From positions 15,973 through 79,972 of the forward strand of contig DBFOIV010000177.1 in NCBI GenBank assembly GCA_048489175.1: DNA of 64,000 nucleotides, written 5' to 3'. How positions within the stretch are numbered: position 1 is the first letter of the stretch; each line of letters begins with the position of its first letter. Of the stretch, positions 62,442 to 64,000 are shown one piece after another. The translations under genes were made by a program, and so were the position numbers. The notes beneath the pieces are model-generated. The model was not told where the DNA came from. It was given only the letters and a program-made list of their open reading frames with translations, and ran no database searches. This stretch comes from Collinsella sp. (GTDB lineage: Bacteria; Actinomycetota; Coriobacteriia; Coriobacteriales; Coriobacteriaceae).

Positions 62442-64000
62442 ATGAATACTTCAATTGACATTTCCCACATCCGCAACTTCTCGATCGTTGCGCACATCGA
62501 CCATGGCAAGTCCACGATCAGCGATCGCATCCTCGAGCTCACCCATACCGTCGACGAACGCGACATGGAGTCGCAGCTGCTCGACACCATGGATATCGAG
62601 CGTGAGCGCGGTATCACGATCAAGTCCAATGCCGTTCGCGTGTCCTATGACGCCGACGATGGCGAGACGTATCAGTTCAATCTGATCGATACGCCGGGCC
62701 ACGTTGACTTTACCTATGAGGTCTCGCGCTCGCTGGCAGCCTGTGAGGGCGCGGTGCTCGTTGTCGACGCCACGCAGGGCGTCGAGGCGCAGACCGTCTC
62801 CAACGCGACGCTCGCCATGAACGCCAACCTGGATATCGTGCCCGCTATCAACAAGATCGACCTGCCATCGGCACACCCCGACGAGGTCAAGACCGAGATC
62901 GAGGATGACCTGGCGATTCCTGCCGACGATGCCGTATGCGTATCGGGCAAGACCGGCGAGGGCATCCACGATCTGCTGGAGTCCATTGTCTTTTTGATCT
63001 CTCCGCCCAAGGGCGATGCGAATGCGCCGCTCAAGGCACTCATCCTGGATTCGTACTTCGACGAGTATCGTGGCGTCGTTGCCACGGTGCGCGTCTTTGA
63101 CGGCTCCATCAAGAAGGGCGATACCCTGCGCATGATGCAGGCCAAGGGCGACTTTTTGGTCGACGGCGTGGGCGTCAAGCGTCCCGCCGAGACCCCGGTC
63201 GACGCGCTGACGGTCGGTGAGGTCGGATACGTGGTCACGGGCCTGAAGGACCCCGAGGCCGTTCGCGTGGGCGATACCCTCACGTGGGCGTCGAATCCCT
63301 GCCCCGAGCCGCTTCCCGGTTACCGCGAGGCCAAGCCCATGGTCTATACGGGCCTGTTCCCGATCGATAACAAAGACTACGAGAACCTGCGTGACGCGCT
63401 CGATAAGCTGCACGTAAACGACCCGTCGTTGGTGTGGGAGCCCGAGACCTCGGTGGCGCTCGGCTTTGGCTTCCGCGTGGGCTTCCTGGGCCTGCTGCAT
63501 ATGGAAGTTGTCAAGGAGCGCCTGGAGCGCGAGTTCAACCTGGACCTCATTGCCACGAGTCCCTCGGTCGACTATCACGTCTACAAGACCGACGGCGAAA
63601 TGATCGATGTCCGCAGTCCGCAGGACCTTCCCGAGGCCACGCGCATCGAGCGTATCGAGGAACCCTACCTCAAGGCAAAGATCATCTGCCCGCCTGAGTA
63701 CACGGGCGCCGTCATGCAGCTCGCCATCGAGCACCGCGGTGTCACGACCGACATGATTCACCTGACGAGCAAATCGGTCGAGATGCGCTTTGATATGCCG
63801 CTCGCCGAGCTCATCCTGGACTTCTTTGACCAGCTCAAGAGCCGTACCAAGGGCTACGCTTCGTTGGACTACGAGTTCAACGAGTATCGTCCCTCCGAGC
63901 TTGTGAAGCTCGATATTTTGCTTTCGGGCGACGAGGTAGACGCGCTGTCGTTTATCGTTCATAAGGACAAGGCCTACGGTCTTGCCCGCGGCCTATGCGA
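62442..64000 (+). CDS. lepA: Elongation factor 4 LepA (3' end beyond the window)
   Basis: [45 protein letters not shown] and [11 protein letters not shown]; missing from the ORF track because there is no stop in the window. Confidence 0.97.
   Translation, partial: MNTSIDISHIRNFSIVAHIDHGKSTISDRILELTHTVDERDMESQLLDTMDIERERGITIKSNAVRVSYDADDGETYQFNLIDTPGHVDFTYEVSRSLAACEGAVLVVDATQGVEAQTVSNATLAMNANLDIVPAINKIDLPSAHPDEVKTEIEDDLAIPADDAVCVSGKTGEGIHDLLESIVFLISPPKGDANAPLKALILDSYFDEYRGVVATVRVFDGSIKKGDTLRMMQAKGDFLVDGVGVKRPAETPVDALTVGEVGYVVTGLKDPEAVRVGDTLTWASNPCPEPLPGYREAKPMVYTGLFPIDNKDYENLRDALDKLHVNDPSLVWEPETSVALGFGFRVGFLGLLHMEVVKERLEREFNLDLIATSPSVDYHVYKTDGEMIDVRSPQDLPEATRIERIEEPYLKAKIICPPEYTGAVMQLAIEHRGVTTDMIHLTSKSVEMRFDMPLAELILDFFDQLKSRTKGYASLDYEFNEYRPSELVKLDILLSGDEVDALSFIVHKDKAYGLARGLC

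Overview
High-GC, almost entirely + strand housekeeping region. Gene content and order suggest a Coriobacteriia (Collinsella-like) gut actinobacterium; this assignment is inference. In order: cyclophilin, TPR membrane protein, mreBCD-mrdA-rodA, DUF697-like protein, a radical SAM pair, rplU-rpmA-obgE-nadD-yqeK-rsfS, dinB(-), rpsP-khpA-rimM-trmD-lepB, glyQS-PDRP-ppdK, rplS-rnhB, yraN-comM-dprA-trmFO-xerC, rpsB-tsf-pyrH-frr-uppS-cdsA-dxr-rseP-ispG-proS, APH-like kinase and adhE (-), a RAYT-like HUH tyrosine transposase, rpmB(-), pyrR-B-C-K-D-F, mihF-gmk-rpoZ-thiI, comEA-comEC-holA, rpsT and a partial lepA. No tRNA, rRNA or CRISPR array was seen. Most notable observations: (1) the transposase lies in a 1083-bp element bounded by 51-bp inverted repeats built from tandem 33-bp hairpin units; (2) a 19/20-identical 20-mer sits at nearly the same distance upstream of both competence operons; (3) RseP carries a winged-helix-like insertion; (4) xerC probably starts at ATA overlapping the trmFO stop; (5) a full PyrR-type attenuator has a non-canonical binding loop; (6) adhE is paired with a kinase gene; (7) LacI-type operators occur upstream of both adhE and ppdK.
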